This document shows, piece after piece, positions 28,005 through 40,300 of a stretch of DNA of 64,000 nt; position 1 is the stretch's first letter; each line of letters opens with the position of its first letter. The notes beneath the pieces were generated by a model. The model was not told the origin of the DNA and made no database searches. It was given only the letters and a program-made list of their open reading frames with translations. A program made the position numbers and the translations under genes. Origin of the DNA: the human T2T-CHM13v2.0 reference genome, Homo sapiens. The stretch lies in the NCBI RefSeq assembly GCF_009914755.1, contig NC_060927.1; one strand, 5' to 3'.

Positions 28005-28399
28005 AAGAAAAGAAATAACAAAGATCAGAGCAGAATTAAACGAAATGGAAACAAAAAAAATACGAAAGATAAGTCTCTTTGAAAAGATAAAATTGACAGA
28101 CCATTAATGAGATTAACCAAGAAAAGAAGAGAGAAGATCCAAATAAGCTCAATTAGAAATAAAACAGGAGATATTACAACCATAGTCATGGGTTACAGTA
28201 AAAGCAGATGCAGATATGACCCAAATGGACAATTATTTGTTAGGTAATTGATGAAGATTATTTCATCACCAGCAGCATTTCTTTCACAGGGATACATTTA
28301 AGGAACAGGTAAATAATTAATTATGAATAATTAATCCTAGTACTCAATGAAAGGTGCAGAGAGTTTAAATTTATTTACTTGTTATAAAAACATACCAAC

Positions 28400-29060
28400 A
28401 ATCTTGAGTATTTACTCCTTTCCAGGCACTTGCTAAGACACTGGCGCTTCGAAATAAAGCATAGCTTATCTCTTCATAGAACTCACAGTCTATTAAGAAA
28501 GACAGACCTGTAACTATAAATTGACTGAATAAATGATATCATAGAAGTATAAAAAGAATTTTATGAGAAGCACAGAAGATGAAGTAGTCATTAATTCAAC
28601 TTGGAAGAGTCACGGAACGCCTTAAAGATAAGTCAGTTTTGAAGAATGAGTGGGATTTCACAGATGGAGATGAAAAAAAGGGTACAGAAGTGAAAGGATA
28701 CACAAGGATATGAAAGAATGACAGTATGTGATAGTTTCCGGATCCTACCAAGAGTCCAGTGGTTTTAGACAGCATAAGGCTGAGGAAATATGCTGAGAGA
28801 AAGAAAGGAGTGAAGACTGGACAAGGCTATTGGAGCCAGAATGAAAAGACCTTCAATGACAGTATGTGATAGTTTCCGGATCCTACCAAGAGTCCAGTGG
28901 TTTTAGACAGCGTAAGGCTGAGGAAATATGCTGAGAGAAAGAAAGGAGTGAAGACTGGACAAGGCTATTGGAGCCAGAATGAAAAGACCTTCAATACCAC
29001 AGTAAAGCTCATGGAAGGCTTTTAAGTAGGAAAATAATAAAATCAGATTTGCATTTTAGA
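28400..29060. mobile_element. Degraded L2
   Basis: L2-like motifs: tctcttcatagaactcacagtcta, ggaaggcttttaagtagg...atcagatttgcattttaga. Confidence 0.6.
28717..28992. repeat. 138-bp tandem duplication
   Basis: 28717-28854 vs 28855-28992, single mismatch (agcata/agcgta). Confidence 0.97.
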
Positions 29061-31241
29061 CATGTATTTCTAGAACTTATAAAACTGCATTATAATTTTT
29101 TACAAATTGGCCTCTTCCACCAGACTACAGGCACTTGAAGGGTAAGAAAACATAGCAATTGATCAAAGAAAAAGGAAGTAGAAATTAAAAAGAGAAATAA
29201 GACTTGAGAGATGAGATTAAGAAAATTATTTTTTTTCCTTGCAGTTGCGATTGTTATCACTAAAATTATTCACCAATACTGTTCTTACATTTGTATGTAA
29301 TGTGGTTTATTAATATGGCAAGGCTGGTTCAATTTATTTCTACATAAGGACATAAGTAAAAGTTTAATTTTATAATTCTAAAGTAGACACTGTTTTAAAA
29401 GAACGCATAATTTCATGAAGACTTAGACATTAAATCATAAAAAGAAGTGTATCAGAGGAGAGAGCAACACACCAAAAGACAAAGGGCTAAAGGAGCAAAT
29501 TAGCTGAGTCTGTCCCTTTTAAAATGCTCTCTTCGGAGTCCCAGCCATAGAATTCCACTTGCATTTCATCGATCATTGCTAGGTTACATGACCACGGCTA
29601 GCTACAAGGGCTCTAGGAAGGTGAGTCTATTTAGCTGGGCTCTTTGCTGTCCTGACCAAAATTCTGTTCAAGAAAGAAGAGAAAAATGGAGGAGCGTTTG
29701 TCACAGGAAGTAACTTATAATCTTGTCCAACTTTTATGTTAGATTGTGATCCAACTACTAAGAGACACATGCTACTGAACACTCTTCTCTCTGGTAAGCA
29801 GTTCACTTATGTTATTAATGTAGGCTTAGATACATGTCTGCTACTTGAAAGGATGTTCCCAGCATCATATAATTGAAAAATAAATTTTAAACACAGATAG
29901 CAATTATGGAAGTTTACCTAAATTCATTACACACAGAAAGGCTTTTGGGAGTCACTACAAATTGTTTGCATTTTACCTATTACATATATCAATACCAGTG
30001 AATGTATGCAGACTTGTTACAACTCCAACTAGCAGAAGTACTAACACCTGCACATATTCAATATTCTAGATGCTTACCAGGAATAGTAGGATAAGCCAGT
30101 TGCTATTTTCTTTCCTGACCAAATATTTTCCAAATATTAAGCTATTTTTGTTATTGCAAAGAGGTAACAAAATTCACAGAACTAAGCATTTAACAATTGG
30201 CTACCATATTTATGACAGATGGCTACATGCACAATTACTAACAGTCTTCCTACTGTTTGAATATAAAAAACAAAAAAACTACATAAATTACATGCTCAGT
30301 TGCCTTAGTTCTCATTTAACTTCAGGGAACAAGAATTAATTTGATCTATTTTAAATATTTGCCAACAGGATGAATTCAATGACGTATGGAAGGATAATAC
30401 TGAATTCACTGTCTTCTACTTCTTGCCACTAAACAACATATCAGCTTGCTTTTCTACTGAAATTGCATAAAACAGATAGGACAGCTAATTTAAACAGTTG
30501 TTTGCACATTCAATATTTATAACCCAAATCTTGCATGACTGACTGCAAGCAGTGAGTTAGAAGGTTTAGCTCAGCTGCTGCCTAGAGTGATGGATGGCCT
30601 TGAAGAATTTCTTGTTCACTGACCAGATCAATCACATAACAAAATGGGAAAAAAAGATCGACCTTAAACTAGATTTCCAACATTTCCATCTGTATGCAAA
30701 ACTGTTGCAGGAAGAAATGTATCATAAAACATAATGTGAAGCTACTTAAAAATAATAAAAATCCACCAGAGATGATGTAGAATGCAAATAAAAAAGATAA
30801 GGTGACTGGATAATGTTCTACTTTTTAACTAAATATTAACTGAAACTTTATGATATCTATAATCCAAATAGTGTTGTCAATTCATAGGGATATCAAGCTC
30901 AGACTCACAAGTAAAAAGAGGGTAACAGTTGAAAAGCCTGAATTTTTCTGACAGTACTTGCAGTTAAATTTTATTTAAGCAAACTAAAAGGTAGTGTTGT
31001 GGTAATTATAATATGCTGCTGCCTTTAATTATCTCAATGGCTGTCAAAAAATGAGTCTGTTAAGGAGTTAACAGACATCTGATGTTTGAAGTGAGAGTAA
31101 TTTATTTACTAACGGCTAACCCTCAATTATCTGCATTAATTGTGGAAGTCAGTAGTACTACATATGGTGGTAGTACTACATAATGGTGGAAGGCAGTAGT
31201 ACTACATATGGACCATGGCTATATGTAGTACTACTCCTTAG

Positions 31242-31447
31242 CAGTATGCTTGACTGGTTTGTGAGGCTCCGTGGTGAGCATCTCCTCCCAGCTCCACATT
31301 CAGTGATGTCAGATTGGTAGCTTGAAAGCAGCCATGGTGGGAATATTTACACCACAGAAACTAGCAAGTACTAAGTAAGCATCAGGACCCTCAATACTCC
31401 ATTACCACCCCAGAGACAAGTGTTAAACATTTACCAGTACAGAACAT
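31242..31447. mobile_element. MER63A-like hAT-Blackjack DNA transposon
   Basis: ttggtagcttgaaagcagccatggtgggaatatttacaccac...tgttaaacatttaccagtac. Confidence 0.7.
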
Positions 31448-31709
31448 TTTGCGAGCTCATTTCTGAGGTTAGGATGTGGATGGAGTAGTGACAATGAAGG
31501 GACTAAGGGCTGAAGAGCCTAAGGTTGAGTTCTTGCTGAACAGGTGCGGGAGGAGGCAGGCTTGGACCCTGAATAATCCTGCAGGTGCCTTGGGTGTCTA
31601 AAGATGTCTGTAGTTAGCAGCCAGGATGATAGAACTAGCATTTACCATTTCCTGTGGCCCTCAGGCACCCACTTTCTCTTCTTGAGTAAGTTTACTCCCA
31701 CAGGAGTAG

Positions 31710-32005
31710 AAGTGAGAGAAGGAAGAGAAGCAGCTGGAGAGTGATAAGAAATGAGAAGGAAAGGAAGAAGGAAAAGAAAAATTAGGAAGAAGAAGAATAA
31801 AAGAAGTAAAAGGCAAAGGGCAAGAATAAAGATAGATGGAAGGGAAGAGAGGACAAAGAAGAAAAACAAGAGAAAGAGGGAAAAGGATGAGGGAGAAAAG
31901 GAAGAGAAAGAAGAAACAAAATGGCAGAAAAGGGGAGAAAGAAAAAGGAAGAGGAAAAGAAGGAAAGAGGAAGGAGGAGGGTTGGAGGGTGGAGGAGGAA
32001 GAAGG
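31710..32005. repeat. GA-rich polypurine low-complexity tract
   Basis: About 300 bp almost entirely A/G on the + strand. Confidence 0.9.
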
Positions 32006-32446
32006 GCTATAGATCCCTAGAAACAGCATATCTAATCCTCTAGTTTATTCACATTTACATCACTTTAGGAATTAGTTGCATTCCTGAATGTCTTTCATAA
32101 AAGTACATAATACAGTCTTAGAACGAGGCCTCACAGACATCCAGACTTCTTTCCATAAGATGGCAAATTTCTAAAAAATGCCAGACACATGGTGGTCTGT
32201 TCCCAAGGCTAAACAAAAGAGATGGAGGCTGTAGAGCTGGGGACAACAACCTTTCTGCTGTTAAGTCTGTTTTACTCTTTAGAAGCCTGAGGTTGGGATT
32301 CTCTTTTGAAGCAATGGGCGAGGAACATATGGCCACATTTCCATATCTAAGCAGTACCAATGGATGCCCAGGCTGGGACAAAATGCTGGGAAGAAGCCAG
32401 ATCCTGGGTTCTGGCTACCTTGTGGGTTTTTGGGAATTCCCTACCT

Positions 32447-33246
32447 GAGTGGTTCTTAAACTTCAAGTGTATCAGAATCACCTGAATGACCTGCTAAAAA
32501 TATGGATTGCTGAGAGATAGCTAAGATATGGAATCAACTTAAGTGTCCATCAATGAATGAATGAATAAAGAAAATGTGGTATATATACACAATGGAATAC
32601 TATCCAGCCATAAAAGGGATGAAATCCTGTCATTGGCAGCAACATGGATGAGGCTGGAGGATATTATGTTAAGTGAACTAAGTCAGACATTATGTTAAGT
32701 GAACTAAGTGACAACAGAAAGATGTTGTCACTCATATGTGAGGACCAACAAAAAATCTGAGCTCATGGAAACAGAGAGTAGAATTTTGGGTATGAGAGGA
32801 TGGGAAGGGTATGGGGAGCAGTTGGTTAACAGATACAAAACTACAGCTAGATAGGAGAAATGAGTTTTGGTGTTTTGTGGCACTGTAGGGTGAAGACAAT
32901 TAATTGTAATTTATTGTATATTTTAAAAAAGCTAGAAGAGAGGATTGTGAATGTTTATTATACAAAGAAATAATAAATGAGGTGATGAGTGTTAATTACT
33001 GTAATCATTACACATTGTATATACACATTGAAATACATGTATATGGAATCTGTATCCCATAGGTATGTACAATTGTTACTTGTTAACTAAAAAGGTTTAA
33101 AAACAGTTTTTTAACCCACAGATTGCTGGGTCATCTCCAGAGTTTCTCTCAGTAGGTCTGGGGTGGGGCCTGAGAATCTGGAGTTCTAACAAGTTCCAAG
33201 GTTGCCAATGTTGCTCATGCAGGAACTACACTTTAAGAACTACTGC
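32447..33246. mobile_element. MER5A DNA transposon split by an L1MA 3' end (L1 ~32516-33105, + strand)
   Basis: gtggttcttaaactt...atcagaatcacctg, then L1 3'UTR (aagtgtccatcaatgaatg...), then resumes cagattgctggg...gtaggtctggggtggggcctgagaatctg...actttaagaactactg. Confidence 0.8.
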
Positions 33247-34109
33247 CTTAATAAAACAACAACAGAAAACATCCTGGAAGTGCTTATAATCCAATTCTTA
33301 AGATCTTATTAGTTAGCATCTTAGCAAGAATGCAAATGAGAGAAACACAGGCTAATGATGAAGAGAGGGGTCCTGAAAGGGAAGAAGAAAGGCATCACAA
33401 ACCAATGTTTCCTATTTACAATTATGCCCTCAGCTGCTGTGGCATCCACAAATGTCTCTCTAGTAGCCAACTCTGGAGTCTCTTCCTGACTTACCCTCTG
33501 AAATCTTCTCTTTACCCACAGGGCTAGGTCTTCTAAAACCATGTTTACACTAATGAGCACAACTGAACTGAATAGGGGTAAATGCCTGATCCAAACTAAC
33601 ACAATCATATTCTCCCTCTAGGAATTTTGAAATTGCCTGGTGGACTAGAAATGAAGCAAAACACAGAAAAACCTGAGATGAAAGATGGAGAGTGCTTAAG
33701 GGGAACTAGTACTGGCTTCCATGCCCAGCTGCATCACTGCCCCTTGAGCTTCCCGTGACATCCCAAAAAACTTGCGATTGAAGCTCCCGCTGTGCTTTAA
33801 TTCACTCCAGTTGATGTGGTGAACAGAAATGAGTCCAAATGACACTAGTCCCACCCCACAACTTTCGCAACTTTACTGCTAAAAATTAACTCAAGTGCCT
33901 TTTGGCAAATGGAATATACACTGCTGATTCTGATATTGTAATCTTTAGTGACCTATGACATGGTTCCATCACCGAGCTGAGGAGAAACAAACAAAACAAA
34001 AAACCCTACATCCATTTTTTGGTTGTTGTTGGATACCAGAAAAGTCTCATACATCCTCCTTACAATTTTTTAAATTCCAGGTTAAACAGCTATTACTGTT
34101 TACTTGTGA

Positions 34110-34632
34110 GAGTATCAGTTAGGACTCTTTTATGTCAAAAGTTAATAGAAAATCCAACTTGAGCTAGTTCACCTAAATGGAATGCTCACATTATTGGAAA
34201 CCACAGAGGTAGGGCAGGCTTCAGGAATGATTGATTCGGCAGCTCAAAGCTGTCATCAATGACCCAATTTCTTTGTTTCTCCCTTTCTGCCATCTGGTGT
34301 CAGCTCTGTCCTCATGGTCACAGGACGGGTGCCAGCTACAAACAGAGTGCAGCCCAGTCTAGCATCCCAAACAAGAGTCATAAAAGTCACTCAATTGGCC
34401 CAGCATAGGTCAGATTCCCATTCCTAAAAGAATAATGTGGCTAAATAAATGAAATGCACTAATTGACCTATCAATCAAAGCCCACTCCAGGGGCTAGAGT
34501 GTGATCCATTTTACTAGACACACATAGGCTGCACTGGCCAGGGGAGATACCCAAACAAAGATCAGATAATTTTTGGAGGAGAAACATGTGGCAAACTATG
34601 CTAGGTAGACAACTAATAAATGTCTACCACAC
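34110..34632. mobile_element. Old MLT1 (MLT1K-like) LTR
   Basis: gtatcagttaggactctttt start, agggcaggcttcagg, aatgtctaccaca end. Confidence 0.6.
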
Positions 34633-34699
34633 TTGGTTCTTCCATGTGTTACTAGAAAATAACTTTAAAATTCCACTTTATTTTGTAACCATTACAGTA

Positions 34700-35515
34700 A
34701 TAATTAGTTCAGGCAAGAATCATCATGCTAAACTGGTGAATGAGAGCTTAATGAGGAAGAAGATATTTATAAAGTCTCAAATTATATCCCCACAAATGAC
34801 TCAACTAATATTAAAGTAAAAACATAGTAACTTTACTATGAGAAAACCTGGTAGAGACCACCTTAACCAAGTGATTGAAGTTAACATCAGCTGTAAACAT
34901 CATAAGCCTCCTGATAAACTGCACTGAGAAGGACACAACATCACTTTATAGTACATTTCACCAAAGATGCATAACATGAATCTAATCCTAAGAAAACATC
35001 AGACAAACTCAATTAAGGGGCATTCTACAAAATAACTGACCTGTACTTTTCAGCAGTGTCACTGATGTGAAAGACACAGAAAGGCTGAGGAAACATTACA
35101 AATTAATGGAGACAAGTGAAAACTAAAGGTAGTGTGTAATTCTGGATCAAAAACATAATTGCTATGAAGGACAGTATGTCTATATCATAGATAGTAGTAC
35201 TGCATCAATGTTAAATGGTTTTGAAAATTGTACTGTGGTCATGTAGTGAACGTCTTTGTCCTTAGTAAATATACACTGAAGTGTTTAATAAAGGAGTATG
35301 AAGTGTGCAACATACTCTCAAATAGCTTGAGGAAAAAAATGTGTATACACACACACACACAATCACACACATACAGAAAAACTGTAAAGGCAAATGTGGC
35401 AAAATGTTAATAATTGGTGAATATGCGTGAAAGGTATATGGTAGTTCTTTGTACTATTTTTGTAACTTTTCTTTAAGTTTGAAATTACTTCAAAATAAAA
35501 AGTTTTTTAAAAAAT
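34700..35515 (+). mobile_element. L1MC/L1ME 3' end
   Basis: gaaaacctggtagagaccaccttaaccaagtgat; end gttctttgtactatttttgtaacttttc...ttcaaaataaaaagt. Confidence 0.75.
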
Positions 35516-35676
35516 TAACTTTAGATTGCATGACCCTATAACTTGTCTCAAACCATAAGTGTTATTTTACACTGCATGCCACTTAAGTTTTGTAAGAGCG
35601 AAAAAGCTGAAAACAAATAATCAAGTTTTAACTTATTTATGTATAGAACAAGAATAATCAGAATAAATTCGTTATT

Positions 35677-36070
35677 CTGGTGGAGGCAGTTGTGTCTTGG
35701 CTAAGCCTGGTTGTTTCCTTTTCTCCTGAGCATACAACCAGACTACATTTCCTAGCCCGCAATGCTGTTACAGGTGACGCACGAGTTCTGGCCAGGGGAA
35801 CATGATCCCAAACATCCTCCCAAGTGATTCTCCAGGCTCTCTCTTCCCTTGTTTGTTGAGGGATGTGGAAGATCCAGCAGAAGACTATGCAGCCCTAGAT
35901 TAGAAGATGAAAGCAGCCTAGGTCCCCCTAAATGACCCTGCAGGACAGAGCTCCTATCGTTGGCCTGCAATGAATTGTAATATGAACAAGAAATGAAGCT
36001 TTACTGTGTTAAGTAAGCCACTGGGATTTGGGGATTATCTGTTAGAGCAGTTAGCCCACCTGACTGATAT
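35677..36070 (+). mobile_element. MLT1 (MLT1H/J-like) LTR
   Basis: agactacatttcctagcc, atgaacaagaaatgaagctttactgtgttaag, gagcagttagcccacctgactgatata. Confidence 0.65.
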
Positions 36071-36167
36071 AACTACCTAATTTATAAAACAGATTAGCAG
36101 AATGGTGACACTTTCAAAATGTACTGAGGATGTCATGTATTTGCTTTTGGTGTATACTTTAAGATAG

Positions 36168-36721
36168 CAGTTTTCAAAATGTGGTTAAGGGATTCTTGAT
36201 TCTCAAAGGGTAGTTTGGGGATAGCTAAGGGTCTGCAAGATCCCTTCAGGAACTCAGTGAAGTCAAAACCATTTTCATAACAATACTAACATGTTATTTG
36301 TTTTTCACTCTCACTGTCTCACAGCATATAGTAGAGTTTTTTAAAAGGTAACATGATGTATTATATCACAACAGATTGAATTAGAGGCAGACAGGAAAAT
36401 CTACCTGTCTTCTATAATATTTAGCCAGAGATTAAAAAGATTTGCAAAAATATAAAATAATGCCACTCTTCACTAAATTATTTTTGTAAGTATAATTTTG
36501 GAAAACATAGATATTTTATGTATATGTTTTTATAGGTATTTATGCTAACATGACATGGATTTATTATTATTTCTAAATAATAAATACGTTTTAAATCACT
36601 CAGTGTTAATTTCCAACATGGTAAATATTGAGCTACAACCCACATAAAGAAAAGCTCTTTTGGGCTCTCAATGCTTATTAAGAGTGTGGAGGGATCCTGA
36701 TCCCAAAGAGTTGAGAATTCT
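36168..36721. mobile_element. hAT-Charlie non-autonomous element (MER119/Charlie1-like)
   Basis: cagttttcaaaatgtgg...gtcaaaaccattttcataacaatactaa...gagttgagaattctg. Confidence 0.65.
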
Positions 36722-36989
36722 GTTTGTTTTACAATAAAGTATGAGTATATCTTATAGACATAACATTTTAAATAAAATAAACCCGTATTACCAATGCACA
36801 AGAGACAAGGATAGGAGGGTCCTCACTTGACTCTTGTTTACTCAAAAGCCACAGGATCTAGAACACAATAGGTGCTCATATATATTTGTTAAGTTAATAA
36901 ATTGTGTAATAGTGGTAATATCCACTTTTAACAGTGCTGTGATAATTGCATGAAATAATGTGTGTGTGTGTGTGTCTGTGTTTATAGTA

Positions 36990-37380
36990 GGTTATCACTG
37001 TTCACAATTATTGGCTATCTCCCTTTTACGTAGGAGATTGAATACATCTCTGCCCTGTTGATTCTAGGCTTGGCCATGTTAACTGGGCTGGCCAATGAAT
37101 GCAAGTAGAAGTAACATGTGCCACACATATATGAGGAGAAGCTTTAAACTCAATTGTGTGGTTCTGATGAGACTCTTGCTCTTCTGCTCTCACCTTATGG
37201 ACAGTATGTCCCAAATAGGGGCTGTTTGTTCTATCCACATTCTGGAACGAGAAGACCCAGACCAGATACATAGTCACCCTATAGATAAAGCAGAGCTTCA
37301 TCCTACCTGTAGCTCTCAGGTAATGTGAGACAGCTATGTATGAAATTTTGTAAACCATCTTAGCAAACCTGGCAAATACA
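36990..37380 (+). mobile_element. MLT1 LTR fragment
   Basis: ttctaggcttggccatgttaactgggctggccaatgaatgcaagtagaagtaacatgtgccac. Confidence 0.6.
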
Positions 37381-40300
37381 GCTTTATATTTGTGACCCCA
37401 AACATCTTCCCATGTGTTCCTCCAGGCTCTCTCTTCTTTTGCTTGCTGACAAGATATAGAGGATCCAGTAGAGGACTCTAAGGCCCTAGATGGAAGATGG
37501 AAACAGTCCAGGTTCCTTGGCCTAATGTATTATAGATGTTCAATAAACCCAACCATTCTAATCAGTGTTATTATTTAGCTAGAGAAACACTAAAGAACTG
37601 TAGCTTAGTGCTTAAATGACTGCACAGTGCATCTAAATTAAGACAATTTAGATAGTATCATTAAGACAACCTTAGGATTCCAGGTAAATAAAGTACATGA
37701 CCTAGGACAAGAGTGGCATCGAAGTATAATAGATCTGACTACAACGAAAAATTTCAGCAACCATTTACCCATGAATGCCAGTAGAGGGGCTCAGGAATAT
37801 CTGTAGAAGTCACTGGCAGGTGACTGAGAGAAAAATAAGTTCTAAGGTGACTGTCAAGTGTCTATAATTAAAGAGCAGTGGAGTGGGTGTATCAGTCCAT
37901 CTGCCCACCCTGCCTACACTGCCTTCTTAGGGAATCTCCTCCAGCTTACAACCTCTAAAATTGAAACCAGCTTTAGAGCACTTAGCTTAAAGCCAATGAT
38001 TGGCCAAGGACCAATCCTGATTATTATTTCAAATCTCTGAACCAGCAGCTACACAGATTGAACCTGGTCACACAATGATGAGATAGAGTGATGTACTGGC
38101 AGCCATTATTGTCCATATGCACAATGGTAAGCAATCAGAAAAAGCTGGTATACAGAACGAAACTGAAGAACTGAGCAGCAGACTTACAAACAAAATCAGA
38201 GATGAGAGTAGCTGCGGGGAAGAGAGAGACAGAGAGAGAGAGAGACCTGTTGACAACTCTCACCTCCCACGAGGGCTGGACCAACTTTTGCAGTTGGGTT
38301 CCTTAAGATCTCTCCATGTTCTTCGAGTACATATCTTTTTACTTGAAATAATATAAATAGATTTCTGACCTTAACAATCAAATGATCATTAAAATAAGTT
38401 GCTTTGTTTTTTGCCTTGCTAATCCTGACCCAAGCAAAGAATCTGACTTATTTCTGTTGATTTTTGAAGGGGAGGAATGGGAGAGAAGTAGAAACCTGAG
38501 GTATCATAACAGAACTGACCTTCTGCATTTGAGAGTCCAAAGTATTTGCAGAAATAAATTCATTTTTTAAAAGTGTCAGAAATCATGATTATGAAATCAT
38601 AATTACATGTTCACCTTTTTGCAACTCAAGCACTAAAAGGCAGCAAAGATATAAAGAATAGAGGCTAGAGAGTAAGAAGTCCAGAGCTTTAGTCCTCGTT
38701 TTGCCACTAAGAAACTGCATCCTGAGAGATGTCATACCCCTTTTCTGGGCTTCAGGATTTTTCCTAAAAAAAAACAGGGAATTGGATAAGATTTGTAGAT
38801 GCTCTATAATAGAGAATTGAGCTGCCAAAGCTTTTTAAAAGTTTATGCTAACACATTAGTTTCTAAATACAGTGAATTTGTATATTTATTTCAAATCCTT
38901 GCTTGTAGCATATCAATAATCATATATGGTTTTAAATAATGCTAAGAAATAGTTTACTTTCCAAGTTATAGATCAATGGCATTTAACCTTAAAAAAAAGA
39001 GAATGGTAATGTCTATGTACATGAAACAGAAAGGTTGTTCCTACTTACTGCTAATAAATGCAACCAACCACCTACTATACTGAGAATTTCACATTACTGT
39101 CATTGTTTGAAATAGTTTATTATAATATATTTTAAATAAGAAATGACATAAAACAAAGATCACTAATGTGTTCTAATAAACAAGGGCAGATGACTTGATT
39201 TTATTAAAGTTGTCCTTGGGGAGTTCTATTATAGGCTTATATTCAAACTCAGAGTTTTTATCTAAGAGCCAACTGTGGTGTTCCATAGCTTTAGTATGGC
39301 CTTGAAAACATTTACTTGAATATATTTCAAGAAATACATGACCATTTCAAGAAAATTCACTCATTACCTAAATTCTCCTGCCTTTACATATTCTTTAATA
39401 TAGTTACCATACTGCCAGTAGAGGTGTGGTGGAGAGAAATGCACTTCATACATGGCAGAGCAAATTAAAAGGTTAAATTAAGGCCCAGTTATTAGTATTC
39501 CAGGAACTAAGAGTTGAGAAAAGGAAAGCAGAACACTTTCTTAGTCCTGTTCACCTGCTTTCTACTCTCTTGTTTTTTTTTTTTGTTTGTTTTCCTGTCT
39601 TTTTCTAATCAAAGAACAACACCAACAGTATATCAACACATTTCAGTACAATACAAAATAACAAGCACTACTGAAGACCAACCATGCACAGAGAATTCTT
39701 CTAGGTGCTGTACGGATTATACTGATGACAAGATGTAGTCCCTGCCCTCAAAGTAATCATGTACACAATTGTGAGAACACCGAGGAAACAGAGATGTTAC
39801 TACAACTGGAGGATATGGGAAGTATTTATGAAAGATAATGCATTTGAGTTTGACCTTAAAGAACGATTAGGGTTCAAAAAGTGGAGAGATGGGATTAGGT
39901 TGGATGAAAAACTTGAGCCAAAAGCTGAGAGCTTGTAAGGTGCTCAGCAACCAAGGTGGCTATGGCAAGGAGGAGGAGTGGAATGAATTATGGAGAGAGA
40001 GGTGCCTGAGATCAGAACCAGAAGCCTAGGGTGCCAGTGACCACCAACTTTGTGGGGCAACTGGATAAAGCAGCTTGGGCTGCAGGAAATCCTAATTTTT
40101 TTCCTACGGACTTGGGCTAAGACCAATATCTAAAACTTAAAATTCAAATACTGATCATTTAAAAAGTAAAAACAAATGTTAGAGTACCTCGAAACACAGA
40201 ATTTAAATGTGGTTGAAAACTGCAACATCAGCTTTATTTGACTTTGTATTATTACCCAATTTTAAAAAGAAGGTTGAACCATATCAGTGGATTTCAACCT

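Noticed and set aside
31642-32029. R/K/E-rich and F/L/S-rich ORFs
   Set aside because: Artefacts of the GA-rich low-complexity tract.
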